From Antedon mediterranea (taxonomy: Eukaryota > Animalia > Echinodermata): DNA of 64,000 bases. The stretch covers positions 21,775,237-21,839,236 of the forward strand of contig NC_092672.1 of NCBI RefSeq assembly GCF_964355755.1, in the 5' to 3' direction. The number at the start of each line of letters is the position of its first letter. Position 1 is the first letter of the stretch. Shown here in pieces: positions 1 to 13,374 of this stretch. A program made the translations under genes and the position numbers. The notes below the pieces were generated by a model that saw nothing but the letters and a program-made list of their open reading frames with translations, was not told the DNA's origin and did no database searches.

Positions 1-1337
1 TTTAATAATTTCTGAAACACTATGATTCTACCTATATATCACATAGAGGTACAAATGATCAAAGATGCTAGTTGATAGACATATAGACTGTATTCATTTA
101 TTTTATAATTATCATCATACTCATTTGCCATACTCTCCTTTAACAACATCACCACCAACTCCAACCACCTCCTGGTTATAGTCACCACCACCAATCCCAA
201 GAATGATGATGCAGAATTTGGTTGAGAGCTAAAGTGATCTTTTAATACACACCACAATTATAGTTCTTTGTTATTAAGTTGTAATTATTTTTTCCATATA
301 AGATACAGATAGTATATCTGCCACATTTATTCTTTCTTTATACTCAGGATTAACAAACATAAATAAAACTGAAATAGCGGCACAAATATAATTTTGTAAG
401 TTATTTACCGTAGCTAGTTTTTAACAAATCACCTTACATAATAATTACAGTATCAAACCACCATTACAATGTCATACAAAATTTGTAAAAATAAACAAAT
501 CATCATTAGCATAACTAGGTGATAATTGATCCATTGTAATATTTTTAGTCTATTAAAAAAAATGTTTATGTCTTAACATTTATTTAAATATACATACACA
601 CATAGTAAATTATAGTTAACAAAAAATAAATGGAAATTGTTTAACACTAAACAACCTACATTAGAGGTGAAATACCACTAAGAAACACAAGAAAGCTGAA
701 CTTAGACTTAAATGTTCTACACAACTGTAACAAGTTCAGAGTGTATCCAAAATTGAACATTATGAAATATTTTAGACCACTGACAATGGTGATGACCAGT
801 GCTTTGCAAAGTCTGCAGTTGCACTTTTATCATGTTTTATTCATTCATATTTATCTCCATCATCCAACTTTATCAATCAAAACTTTTTTGAGGATAAACA
901 TACAGTAGCTATATGTAAGGTTCAACTTTAATAATTTTAAGTTTAACATTTTAACATTAATGTTAAAAGATTACTTTTAAAAGAACTTATATAGACAAAT
1001 TTCAAATTTCAGTACAAGCTATTTAACAAAAATATATATGCCAAGTTATTGTAACATAACTTTATATTTTAATCAATGGATGTAAATGAGTTTGCATTAT
1101 ATAAATGTATTACAATTGTTTATAAACTCTTCATTGTTGCAGATCTATTTTAGTACAATCTTTTTTTTAAACTAATATTGACCTTGGTTCATCCTTGTTT
1201 CAGTTGGATATGGTCCTATCTTTTCAATTTACATTCATGTTCACGGAGTAAATTAACATTTATCTATTAAGATTAATTCAATAAATTAAAACTATATCCC
1301 ATAACAATTTTCCTATGAATAAATAGATGGAATTATT

Positions 1338-1575
1338 ACCTCCGCCAAGGAGGTTATATTTTCACCCATGTATGTTTGTGTGGGTGGGTGTGGGTGCGCG
1401 TGTGTGTGTGTCTGTGAACAGCCTGAAGGCCACAGTTTTCATCCGATTCTCACCAAATTCGGCCACAATGATCTATGCCCCAAAAGCTTGGACGAGTCCG
1501 ATTGTAAGGGGAAAAGGTCATAGGTCAAGGTCACAACTAATAAAAAACTATTTTAGTGCCTAGAGACCACAGTAC
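1338..1575 (+). mobile_element. Truncated Helentron-associated (HINE/DINE-1-like) non-autonomous element, 5' part
   Basis: After TTATT comes the stem ACCTCC-GCCAA-GGAGGT (1338-1354), then a GT-rich microsatellite and AAGGTCATAGGTCAAGGTCAC motifs. This is the usual HINE 5' layout. No matching 3' end was found, so the right boundary is approximate. Confidence 0.55.
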
Positions 1576-2799
1576 ACATATGGCTGAATGCATAACAACA
1601 TTACTATAAGCCCAATGACTGGGAAACCTTTAATATGTGGCTTACCTTTCATTGGTCATGCTTTATAACAACTTACCTTAAACCCCTGCGTTAGCGGCTG
1701 AGGTAACACCAACCCAGCGAATGCTATGCAGTCCAAATAGATACTCATTGTACCCACAGCATAAAATATCCTTAAACAGCACGGCAGCGTGAATAGGACA
1801 TCTTTCTAGCATGTGGCTACTAGTTGATTCCACTGACTAAATAGTGCTAATGTGGTCCCATGCCTTCTACTCTCTATGTATAAAGACCCAGGTATCTGTG
1901 TCCAACAATAATTTCCAACCACCAATAGTTTTGATAGTTCAAACACTGAATTATTTAATATTTTAAATAAACCCAAATAAATTTACACTATCTAGTATTT
2001 TTGTAAAAAACTAATAAAATATGCACTTAATGTTAATTTTCCTTTTACCCAAACCTTGTATTATTTTAGATAAAATTATGGAGATTTCATTTACAGTATT
2101 GTGGTACAAAACTATGGAACAATCAAGTCCTTCTGTTTCTGAATTATTTCTTGTAGATGTTAAAACATTGATTAGTTTTATAAACTACACCTTTTCACCT
2201 TCTGTCAATTATATAAGAATGTATTTATTCTGTTACTGACATTCAATGATTCATGTTTCTCCTTCATCTAATGTTCTAGCAGTATTGTTATAATGTTTTT
2301 TTATTGAGAATTGTCCTATAATTTCACACATAAATTAATTATTCCCTGAGATTTGAAATCAAAATAAAATGTACATTGACTTATTTAATAATTGCCCTGA
2401 TTTAATGCACAACTATTAATTTAGATTGTATACTGGCTTTTTCTTTTTATCCAAATGTACATATGAAAAACATAAGCACTCATTTTGAGGGCTTGTGATG
2501 AGTTTAAAATCAAATAACAATATTATCAAGTTAAAGTTCAAAACAATTTTGTTGTAATGGTCAAATGAATACAAAACAGAAAATATATTTAGGTTACATT
2601 AATTTGTTTAAAAAGTAGCATGAAAACATAAAGTGAATTACATGAATAAAGGTAATAACTATACAGGAACCAAAACTTAAAATAAATAAATAAAATCAAC
2701 AGAAATATAGACAATAGCATATTATTTTATCAGAAAAGTAGTTGGAGAGATAATTATTTTCAATTATTATACAAAAGTCTTTCTGATTAGAAACAAGGG

Positions 2800-3900
2800 T
2801 TGAATCAAGACAATTCCACCTACTGTATATTTGGGGTAAAACATTATTTTTTGTTTAAAATAATTGCCAAACTCTGCAATCATCCAAAAAACATAGCAAA
2901 CCTCATTTAACCAACATAAACGTGATTGAATTAGTGTACAACTCACTTGGTTTGTCAATTGACAAATTTAAATATATTTTTGTTAAATACTTAATTTTGT
3001 GGTTAAGCATCATTTTTTCGTTTAAAAACAATATTGATAAACCTTCACCGCCCCAAACAATGTTACAATAATGTATAAGTAAAACATTTTATTTTAATTT
3101 CTTTAGAATACTAATATATTTAGATATTTTATTTGAGAAAAATTTTTGGCAGCCAATAATCTAATTAAAAGACCAAGGAATGATACTTCACTTTTTTCAA
3201 TTAATTTTCCATTAAAAAAATATAACAATTGTTGTGTCCCGTAAGTTCACTAATAGAATTAGTTTTAGTCGTATTAATTAATAATTAGTTTGTAGTGAAC
3301 AATTTACTAACTTACTTAACTTTAAATTTAAAAAGTTCAACAAGACAATATTGTTATTAAAATGTAAAGTTGTATTATCTGCATAAAAAAATTTGTCTGA
3401 AAGATTTACTAATTATTAATTTGAAATAATGATTTCGATCTGTAAAATATCTTTTAAACCAATCTAAGAAAATACCATAATGAAACAACTTGAAAATATC
3501 ATGGTTAACAACATCAAAAGTTTTTGATAAATCTAGAAAAGTACTTTCAAAAGCAGTATTAACAGAATTAGTGAGTTCAAGAAAAGCATGACAAGTGGTA
3601 TTGTATGCATACATTTTTTATTATTTTTTTGAAAAAATGGGTAAAATTAAGATTGGTATAAAAGTATCCGTTTTTAAATACAGGATTTACATTTAATATG
3701 ATTAGGTACAGAACCCATCATGAATGATTAATTAATGGCGTATGTGAGATGGCTTATAATTAATGGAGCAACCTTTTTAAGAATCATGCTCTTTACTAGA
3801 ATTCAAATTATTAATTATATTAAGCACTTCTGTTTCAGATATAAATGAGAGGCTATATGGGAGGTGGTAATTAACAGATTAGGTCTTTGCCATTTTAGAA
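2800..3900 (-). pseudogene. Decayed non-LTR retrotransposon (CR1/L2-like) reverse transcriptase fragment
   Basis: ORF 3375-3614 reads FLDLSKTFDVVNHDI..LFHYGI..LDWFKRYFTDRNHY, matching the LINE RT motif FLDLSKAFDxVxH..LxWFxSYLxxRxQ. Flanks are degenerate and boundaries approximate. Confidence 0.7.
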
Positions 3901-4224
3901 TATAGAATTACAGAGTTTTACAAATGTGGCTATACTTTTTATCTTGAAATATTTGAACTTTTATGAATTTTTAAAATTTTATGCTAATGTTTACTAAATT
4001 TATTTAGGTGGGGTGGGTAGAGGGGTGTCATCAATAGTTGTTTTAGTGTTTTGGTTTTTTTTTTAACTTCAAAAAGTATATAAAAAAATGTATCCAACAT
4101 TAGGATTAACTGTACAGTTTAGACGAATCAGTTTGAGAAAGATCAAAGCAAAATGCACCTATATCTGTAATTCAGTATCAATGGTCAAGAACGTCAACCT
4201 TATTGAAAGTTAATCATAATCAAT

Positions 4225-4490
4225 TATTTTTGAAATAGGTAAAGGATCAGAGATGTCTGAATTGTAATACCTGATAAAATATCAAAATTTGTAGGCCTAT
4301 AGAGTATCATGGTGTGACATCACAATGATAGAGGATGCTGCATGGTTGCTAGCCAAACAAAAAATGCGTTCAACGGTACTATGTTGATAAACTGTAAAGA
4401 TTTGTATTTTCTAATATTTTTGAAATAGGTAAATGATCAGAGATGTCTGAATTGCAATACCCGATAAAATATCAAAATTGGTAGGCCTAT
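4225..4490. repeat. Two ~75-bp direct repeats
   Basis: ATTTTTGAAATAGGTAAA(G/T)GATCAGAGATGTCTGAATTG...GTAGGCCTAT occurs at ~4225-4300 and ~4415-4490. Confidence 0.8.
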
Positions 4491-4901
4491 GGTTTGTGTA
4501 AAAATAATCAATAAGTTCTGCATTTTTTTTTGTAATTGTCATCAGTCGTAGGGAAAAACGTACAATAGTTGATAAGATAATATAAAATAATTATTAATTA
4601 TGCTTATTAAATTTGATTAAAACAATAGTAAATTCTACCACAATATTACAAAATCTTCATGATTTAAATCTTGAAAACAATTAATTTATAATAACAGCAA
4701 AATGTTCCGTGTTATTGTTGACTTGTAAATAAAGCCAATTATAGTTGTTTTATTGATTTATAAAAAGCGAATCACATATAGTTCTTTTTTCAATAATAAC
4801 TCTGATAATATTTTGTAATAAAAAAAAAATAGTAATTGTGTTCTGGAATGTTCGTAACATTTTTATTTAAATACATTATGCGTATGACAAAGATGGTGAT
4901 T

Positions 4902-5466
4902 TGCAGCACAGATTGAAAAAAAAATGGATCGAATTTCTGTTATGAGTATACAGTACTTGCCTTTACGACGCCTGAGGGAATAGACACTTGTGGAACAGAG
5001 ATTGGAATGTTCCATTCATCGCAAATCAATACATTTGTATAAACGTATATTAAATTTATCAAAATAGTATTTTTTAAAGAAAAGCGGCCTGTCTTCAACA
5101 TTATGATGCTGTACTCGAGCTGTTCAACCGGTTTTCAGCCATTAAAAACAATTATCGTAAGAGGAGATAGGAAAATGCGAAGCATCCTCGTATTATCGTC
5201 TGCGGGTATTTTTCAAGACGGACATCCATTAGTCAGTGTATACCACGATCGAAAAACACCCCTATTTGGGGCAAATCGTTGAACCTAAATTCGTTTTAAT
5301 CGTCAATAACTAATTATCTAACTAAATTTAATTAGTAAACAGGGTTACATCAGGTGGTTAAAATCAGTACCGAAAGTACGAACTAACTTTATATACCATC
5401 GAGTAAACATTCTAGAAATAACGCGCGATTTACCAAATTTTGCCCTTACGTAAATTTATATATAGA
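4902..5466 (-). mobile_element. Non-autonomous Helitron, 5' ~565 bp (copy 1)
   Basis: Reverse complement of 6858-7425. On the minus strand it begins A|TCTATATATAAATTTACG. Similarity stops at 4902. Confidence 0.8.
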
Positions 5467-5508
5467 TTATGTGAAATATAATAATCTCTATGTGCTTAAT
5501 AATTTCAG

Positions 5509-5607
5509 AATAAAAGATCACCCTTGTCTTATGCTGCCCAACTTGGTCACAGCAGCACATGTATGTTCCTGATTGAGGCAGGAGCAGATGTGAATGTTGC
5601 AGACGAG
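5509..5607 (+). CDS. Single internal exon encoding one ankyrin repeat
   Basis: Acceptor TAATAATTTCAG| and donor GAG|GTAAGT. The exon is exactly 99 bp, phase 0/0, and translates NKRSPLSYAAQLGHSSTCMFLIEAGADVNVADE, matching the ankyrin consensus G.TPLH.AA..GH...V..LL..GADVN..D. It is not in the supplied ORF track. Confidence 0.85.
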
Positions 5608-6857
5608 GTAAGTCATGCACACTTGTATTTAAGTGTCTCAAGTAATTGTATAATTTTAACGAAATATTTAACTTTTTTTTCCAATTTAAAAATTTTAGAT
5701 TAATTTTTCATAAAATCTTCAAATTGGAGTAGTAAATATCTTTAATGTAATAATTTTGTCTGATTTAATGTTGTAATTATAGATACAAAATCTTTACTCA
5801 TCTTAAACCTTACATTATTTTAATGATTTACATTAATACATATACAACAAATACAATACATTAGTTTATATTTTGTAATGACAGTTTTGCCAACTTATAT
5901 AATTGTGGCACATTTCAACAAATTATTCAAACATTAATTTATCCACAAAATATCAATGATTAAAAATAAACTTAAAACTCTAATCGTGCCTTAAGTTGAT
6001 CATTGACACTATTTTAACTAAAATAAATACCGGTAACTTAAATTTAAAGTTTAGTTAGCAAAGTTCAAAAGGATGAACTAAAACACCTAATAAAAACCAT
6101 AAAAGAGGCTATATGAGGATGCTTGTTTTTCTTGCCTTATCATTATTGAATGAATGTTATTGAATTGAATTCACAGCCTACACATACAATAATATACAAT
6201 AATGACAAAATTTGATGTTTCAATTAAGTTTAACTAAAAATGAAAAACTACAATGTGTATTCCATGCGTACTGTACACCCATTTTTTATTGTTGCAAAGT
6301 TTCAAAATGACGCAATGAACTTTACTCCGTCCATTGGATTGAATGTTAAATTGACCAAATATAAGTCCCGATAATGAACAGAACAGAGTATGCTCAGTAT
6401 ACTGTGCATAAGCATGCGCAGATTAATATGTTGTGTAGATTACCGTCCCCCTTCGTCTACCGTCCTGTCATAATGTCACTAGTAGGTTTTATTGTAAATT
6501 AACAGCACACTACGTGCAACAGCTAATACAGTAGTACTAATGTCGTGGTACGTGAGACCATGCCCGGATTAATTTGGAAGTTTCTCCCCGCGTATCAAGC
6601 GTGCGAGGCTTGGCTCAAATGAATGCAATATCAAGACCAACAGAAAGACAACAAGTTGTTGATTGCCGTTACCATACCATTTATTGTGTACAAATCAACG
6701 GCACTCAGAAAATAAAGAGAACGAAGGAAAAAGCCCTGCAAATATACAAACAAGCGTTACATAATTTCAATAACAGTCAGTTTATAACTTCACTTTACCA
6801 CTGTATTACCACTATACTTAAACACACTGTGTACAAACTGGTTATCATTAAGAACAA

Positions 6858-7918
6858 TCTATATATAAATTTACGTAAGGGCAAAATTCGGTAAATCGCG
6901 CCTTACTTTTAGAATTTTTACTCGATGGTATATAAAGTTGGTTCGTACTTTCGGTACTGATTTTAACCACCTGATGTAACCCTGTTTACTAATTAAATTA
7001 AGTTAGATAATTAGTTATTGACGATTAAAACGAATTTAGGTTCAACGATTTGCCCCAAATAGGGGGTTTTCCGATCGTGGTATACACTGTCTAATGGATG
7101 TCAATCTTGAAAAATACCCGCCACAAAAATTCGAGGAGGCTTCGCATTTTCCTATCTCCTCCTACGATAATTGTTTTTAATAGCTGAAAACCGGTTGAAC
7201 AGCTCGAGTACAGTATCATGATGTTGAAGACAGGCCGATTTTCTTTAAAAAATACTATTTTGATAGATTTAATATACGTTTATACAAATGTATTGATTTG
7301 CGATGAATGGAACATTCCAATCTCTGTGTCGTTCCACAAGTGTCTATTCCCTCAGGCGTCGTAAAGGAAAGTACTGTATACTCATAAGAGAAATTCGATC
7401 CATTTTTTTTTCAATCTGTGCTGCAGAGGTTGGATATAATTTTTTTTAAACGGATAATGAGCTGGTGCTAGCGTTTTCAGTCGCCGTATATTATGTACAA
7501 ATCTTTATTATTGCAGTTAAACCACCCATATCATCACCCTTCCCTCACTGGCATTAGTAGCTTTTGTAATGTAAAGCCATAGTAGAGCCTGATAGGCCTA
7601 CGGTGCATCATATGCCCTAAACGCAAAACAACTTTGGTGGGTAGGGTAGGAACCAACTTAAGTATGAATTGGCTCTAAGAAACAACTGAAAACCAACAAT
7701 TGGTCTCATTTTGTGACAAGTTTCTCTTTCGGAAGTAATTCACAGGGTGCTAATTTTAGTTGAGTACATAAATCAGTGTCTATTTATTCGTTTCTGTAAA
7801 CGACATGTATTATTGTACGTACATTTGAAATTTTCAGTTTTTTAACGCTGAAATTATTATGTATTCGAGAACCATCTGTGGGCACGACCTCGCTTCGCTT
7901 CGCTCGCGTACCATCTAG
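6858..7918 (+). mobile_element. Apparently complete non-autonomous Helitron (~1.06 kb, copy 2)
   Basis: 5' end A|TCTATATATA. 3' end has an imperfect GC hairpin GGCACG...CGTACC followed by CTAG|T (7915-7919). Inserted between A and T with no TSD. Confidence 0.8.
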
Positions 7919-8775
7919 TACAATCAATTAAACGTCATTTCAAATGATTAATACCTGAATCAACTTGAATGATGTATTTACTAACTAAGAACGAAAGATC
8001 GTACAGCAATCAACCATTTCTCTATAAATTGAAGTAAAGATTTGAGAACATTATTTGCTTTATTTAAGTTGTATGCATGCAATTTAGTATAATAAATTAA
8101 CAGGCAATGATCCGTCATGTAATATAATTCTTTTTACTACTTACAATGGTAACTTCAACAACGGCTTAATAATATATATATACAACACGGTAACAAAAAT
8201 CACATCTTCCTGTGTTTGCAACAAAAGCTTTTCTGACGCGCAGACAGAAAAACCAGGTAGTTAACCAAAACATCACCTATATGCAAATGCGCCAAACACA
8301 ATGCTTGCAAAACAACTAGCAGCAAGACACTTATATGCAAATACGCAGAACGCACACGAACAACAACTGATCCATGATACTAATCATTGTCAGTATTTTC
8401 ATTTTTGTTGTAAATGTATAGTCAACAGAGACCTCTTAGAATCAGGCTTCTGAGTCATGTCAGTCATACATTCTACTCATTCACCCTTTACCAAAAATTT
8501 GGGATTTTTAAAATGTCTTTCTTTCCATCATATATATTCATTTAGGACTGACAATTTCATTCTTATAGTTTCATTCTACTGTAAAACAATAATACTCTCT
8601 TTGTCATTACATTCATCCTCTTACATTAACATTCAAATTAATTCAGAATAAACATATTTGGATGATGAAGCCTAAAAAAAAAAAATCAGAATAACTAAAA
8701 TACAAATAAATTTTGATTTTTATATACATTACTTATACTACCTTTTATAGGTATAAAACATACAGTGCTAGTTAA

Positions 8776-11296
8776 AGGGGATTCTGGGTTTAAAATTGCT
8801 TTTAAACATCGTTTATTTATTAAATAACAAATATTATAACAATAGACATGTCAGAATGAAGAAGTAATAATGAGAAATTAAAAAAATTAAATTTCATATA
8901 CATTTTAGTTTAAATTCATGCAAAGTCTGTTTTTCAGCAGCTTAGGGAAGCTCATTAATATTCATGAGATATTCACAAAATCACGTCATCAGTGGATTCC
9001 AAACTTGCGACGTCATGTACGTTGTGTTTGTTGACTAATTTACATCTCTCTTCCTTGTCAAACGGTGACCACCCGATCATTGTGAAATACATTTTTTGTA
9101 GATTTTCTAAGCTAGGCCTAAGTGTAATAACAGTAGCATATATTTATTTGACATTTAATGAAATACAAAATTTAGTACAGATCATGGAGTCATAAATTAT
9201 ACTATTTTTATACCTCTATAGCAGGGAATAATTTCGCCAGTGAGTGTAGCATAGCAAAAAGCTATACAAAACAACCTTAGCAAAAAATACAATATAAAAC
9301 TATGTTCTTGACTAAAAAATCAGTTTGATTAGCAATTTTGCTAAACAAAATTTTCAAATGAAATTTTTCCCTGCTATAGTACAGATCGTATTCGGCTTCA
9401 CGTACTAGCCTAAATCATTTTTTTTTATGGGCGAGAGCCATTCTGACTAGGGATTCCATGCCACAATGGATGGCTACGTTAAAACATGGGGCCCATGGGC
9501 CTAGCTAGCCTACTAAACGATTGGCCCATAAATAACAAAACTCAGTGGATTCCAAACCCATCCTATCAACCAAACTCAATATAACCTAAAACGTTCTACA
9601 AAATCGGCTGTAAATATTGAGGCAAAACAAGGTCCGATTGCCGTCCGCACGTATATGGTGTCCCGATCGTCTAGTAGTAGGCCTAAAATAGTTTACTCTC
9701 CTAAAAAGCGGATACTGCATCAAGCAAGTAGACCTAGTAGTAGGAAGGAGACCTAGCCGATCCGGCCCAGTTAAAAATTGAGCTAGCTAGTGTAGTAGAC
9801 CCTATGCGAATTGATACTACCAGTCCTTTTACTAGGCTACACTTGTTAAAATTAGCAATACTTATGTTTACAAATATTCCAACTCTCTCATTCGAGCTAT
9901 ATTATCTATACCATTCCGGTAGGTCGAATCGACCTTCAATCAAATACTGTACATCGTTCATGTTGTGATTATAGACGGGGTATACTCGACCCGACCAGTT
10001 TGGTATTGTATACTGTATCTGCTTATCACGTGACGATGCCAGGAATGGGCAGAGAGCACTTCTATCGTCTCGCTCAGAAGGAATGTACAGACGTTACGCT
10101 TCATTGATTTTTAAGGGTTTTTCCCTATTGTCAGTGCGAAAATCGGCAAACGTAAACTGAATCTCCAAATGATTTTACACAATTGTGATGAATTTTCATA
10201 GAAAATTGACATTATAAATGGGAAGACCGACTAAAATTACATCAGATAAGCATAATTTTACAAAAGTAATTGATATGGTTAATGATTACGAGTCGTCGAA
10301 AGATCGACCATTTCACAAATTTTCCTATTCTGTAACAGTGTCATATCGCCGTAGCTTCACTTCACAGCCTTCATTCTGCTTCACCGCTCACTTTATAATA
10401 AAGCCCCTTTCTCACTGATGTGCCTGCAATATACCGGTACAGTGCTGGCGTCGTGCCGGTATCGTTACCGGCATATACCCATTCTCATCGGACTATCGTG
10501 CCGGAAATATAACCGGTATATACCGGCTTTCTGTGAGAAAGGAGTCGGGCATATTCGGCCAATAAAAGTCTCTGACAAAATAATTATTGAGGGCGTCCTT
10601 CATTGTTATTATTTTTGTCTAGCGATGATATGGCGGCAAATGTTAAGTTACAGATTATTATCTTCCTCTATAGCATATTTATGCAATACATGCTATGTAC
10701 AGTATATTGTGCATATATTATACAGGTATAGCAATTAATTTGCCGTCATCGGCAATCTGTAAAACACCTTAGAAGGCTGTAGGCCTACAATTTACAAGGC
10801 GACGAAAGGTCAGGCACCACAACAAAACAAAGAGATGGCCTAGCCTAGCGGCCTATCTATAGATTATGCTACAAATTTCTTCTTGTCCCCTTATTTTAAG
10901 CAGCTCTCTTATCTCATTATCCCTCCAGTTCGACATTATTATTGTTAATTGAATTGAATAGGCGCCAAAGTGATACACTTGACCGCGCAAGGTGTCAAAG
11001 CCTCGACGGGGAACCCCGGAATATAACGGCGATACGTTCTCACAGAATGCCCGTCTGGCATCGCGGGGAATATCCCTAGAATATTACTAGGTCTAAAGCA
11101 GGTCATGTCGATGCCGGCATGATGCCAAGACGACCCGTTCTCACAGAAAACCATACCGGCATGGTAATAGTATATTCCCGCAATATTCCTGGCACACAAC
11201 TCTGTGAGAAAGGGGCTTAAGTGAAACTTTTACCGTTAAAGAGACAAACAATTATATTTTATTTTTTACTATTCATTTTAAACCCGGAACCCCGCT
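8776..11296. mobile_element. Kolobok-like non-autonomous DNA transposon
   Basis: TTAA at 8772-8775 and 11297-11300. Imperfect TIRs AGGGGATTCTGGGTTTAAAAT / ATTTTAAACCCGGAACCCCGCT. Purine start plus TTAA TSD fits Kolobok. Confidence 0.7.
10402..11217. mobile_element. PIF/Harbinger-like MITE nested in the Kolobok-like element
   Basis: Perfect 14-bp TIR AGCCCCTTTCTCAC / GTGAGAAAGGGGCT, 3-bp TSD TAA (10399-10401, 11218-11220), and internal TTCTCACAGA and TACCGG subterminal motifs. Confidence 0.85.
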
Positions 11297-11761
11297 TTAA
11301 AAGTAAATAATAGTCAACCAGAAATAAAACTTGGTTTACTAAAGCTTTGGTTGCCAACGCAATGTAGGCGCTACGCAAGTGAGTTGACCAATAACAAGCA
11401 ACAGATCCGATAATCCATCACACTGCGATTGGTCAATTTGCTTGATTTAATTTACAAAAAAATTGGATAGACTACAGACAAATGGACAGACTAAATGTTG
11501 GGACAAACAAACTTATTACATGCAATTATTACTCAGTAATCACCTCTGTAGTCCCATGGGTACTTTTTTACATAGTTATTGATTACAGTGCCTTAAAATA
11601 TTCTTTAAATAATAATTGTGTAAATTAATTTGACCAGGACCTTACCATGCCAATCCATATCATTATCAATACTTTGAGTTACAATTGTAGATAATATATT
11701 GATATTCATTTGTAGCTATACACTAGGCTTCATTATCTTAAGATTATTAGAGTATGCGTAT

Positions 11762-12290
11762 TCAGCAGTATGATCATACACACTGTTTATATTTTGTGTG
11801 GTGTAACGAGCACAGGGGTAGGCCTATAGCTACAGCAGTAGGTCATAATCACTGTTTATATTTTATGTGGTGTAGTAGGTACAGGGGTAGTCCTATGCTA
11901 CAGCAGTATGATCATACTCACTGTTTATATTTTATGTGGTGTAGTAGGTACAGGGGTAGGCCAATAGCTACAGCAGTATGATCATAATTACTGTTTATAT
12001 TGTATGTGGTGTAGTAGGTACAGGGGTAGGCCTATATATGATCATACTCACTGTTTATATTTTGTGTGGTGTAGTACGGACAGGGGTAGACCTATAGCTA
12101 CAGCAGTAGGTCATAATCACTGTTTATATTTTATGTGGTGTAGTAGGTACAGTGGTAGGGGTTCCTATACTACAGCAGTATGGTCATAATCACTTATAGG
12201 GCTGGAAATCATTCAAATATACACACTGTTTTATTTTGTGGTGCAGTGGGTACAGTAGTATGGCTGCATCAGTGTGATCATACTCACGTA
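11762..12290. repeat. ~69-bp minisatellite, about 7 copies
   Basis: Unit CAGCAGTATGATCATACTCACTGTTTATATTTTATGTGGTGTAGTAGGTACAGGGGTAGGCCTATAGCTA. It explains the repetitive ORFs at 11754 and 12004. Confidence 0.9.
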
Positions 12291-12428
12291 GGGCTGGAAA
12301 TTAAAAGTATGGTAGTATATGTGACCTGTTTTTAGTCTAGTTGACAAAGTTATTGAACTTGATTCTTCATTATGTAAACATTTAAATATTTGAATTAATA
12401 CTAAAGATTTCTTAAAACAATAATTGCA

Positions 12429-13029
12429 TTGCTCCGATACTATCAAGCAGTGATACGACCAGTTCTCGAATATGCCTGTGCTGTTTGGTCCCCGAGTTTA
12501 TCCAAAGCACAATCTGACCAAATCGAACATGTCCAAAGAAGAGCGTGTAACATAATATACCCCGATGGTACCTCGTATGCTGATACCCGCAGATACCTTA
12601 ACATCATCACTCTATCTGAACGCCGCGAGAAGTTGTCAAGAAAATTCTTGGATAAAATGAAAAAAGAAGATCATATATTATACTCTATCTTACCTAAACC
12701 TCCCACACACAACCATCAGCTCCGACGCGTAGATCGTTCACCCTCTCCAAAGTCCGGACACAACTCACAAAAAACTTTCCACGGAGTTTTCAATGATTGG
12801 TGAATGATCATAAACTGAGTTATGATAAGCAAATTGTGAACCCCTTTTGGTTTGTGTTACTGGATGTACTATGATGGCCATTGAAAGACTGATTTGTGGA
12901 CTGATATATATGATATATTTTAGTATTACTTGTTTGGACTGTGTTATACTATGTTTTTTTTATATATATTATTTACTATTATATTTATGTCAACTTCATC
13001 ACTGTTTACTTGATGCAATAAAGGAAATA

Positions 13030-13101
<72 letters not shown>
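12429..13101 (+). mobile_element. 5'-truncated LINE (CR1/L2 group): ORF2 C-terminus, 3' UTR and (AAT)n tail
   Basis: ORF 12429-12803 YYQAVIRPVLEYACAVWSP..IEHVQRRACNII is typical of the ORF2 C-terminus. AATAAA is followed by an (AAT)n tail. 10-bp TSD AATAATTGCA at 12419-12428 and 13102-13111. Confidence 0.85.
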
Positions 13102-13107
<6 letters not shown>

Positions 13108-13374
13108 TGCAAATGAAAAGATGCTGATTTTTCTAAATTTCAGGCCTTCTATCTGATGGTTTGTATCCTAATATAATTGTTTGGCGACTTTTTCAATTTC
13201 ATTTTATAACTTGATACAACTAATTTCAACATTTGCTCTTCTAGTACTCCTTTTTAATTTTATCTGAATTGTTCACATTCCTCAAATATGTATCATGGAT
13301 GTTCAAAGGAAACGTTAATACCATATAACCATAACATCTTTATTATAGGCCTAATAGAGAGTTTGTTTACATTT

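Noticed and set aside
39-257. 72-aa minus-strand ORF
   Set aside because: No recognisable motif and no convincing splice sites.
1677-1900. Minus-strand segment ending in a GTAAGT donor and containing CPIHAAV (ankyrin-like)
   Set aside because: The rest does not fit the ankyrin consensus and the frame stops before the donor. It may be a repeat fragment.
4902-7425. Pack-type TIR transposon that captured the ankyrin exon
   Set aside because: The arms are Helitron 5' regions with their termini facing inward. One continues to its own CTAG end at 7918, a third copy lies at 13375-13691, and no outer TSD was seen.
12847-13116. ORF with a poly-Asn tract
   Set aside because: It is a translation of the LINE 3' UTR and (AAT)n tail.
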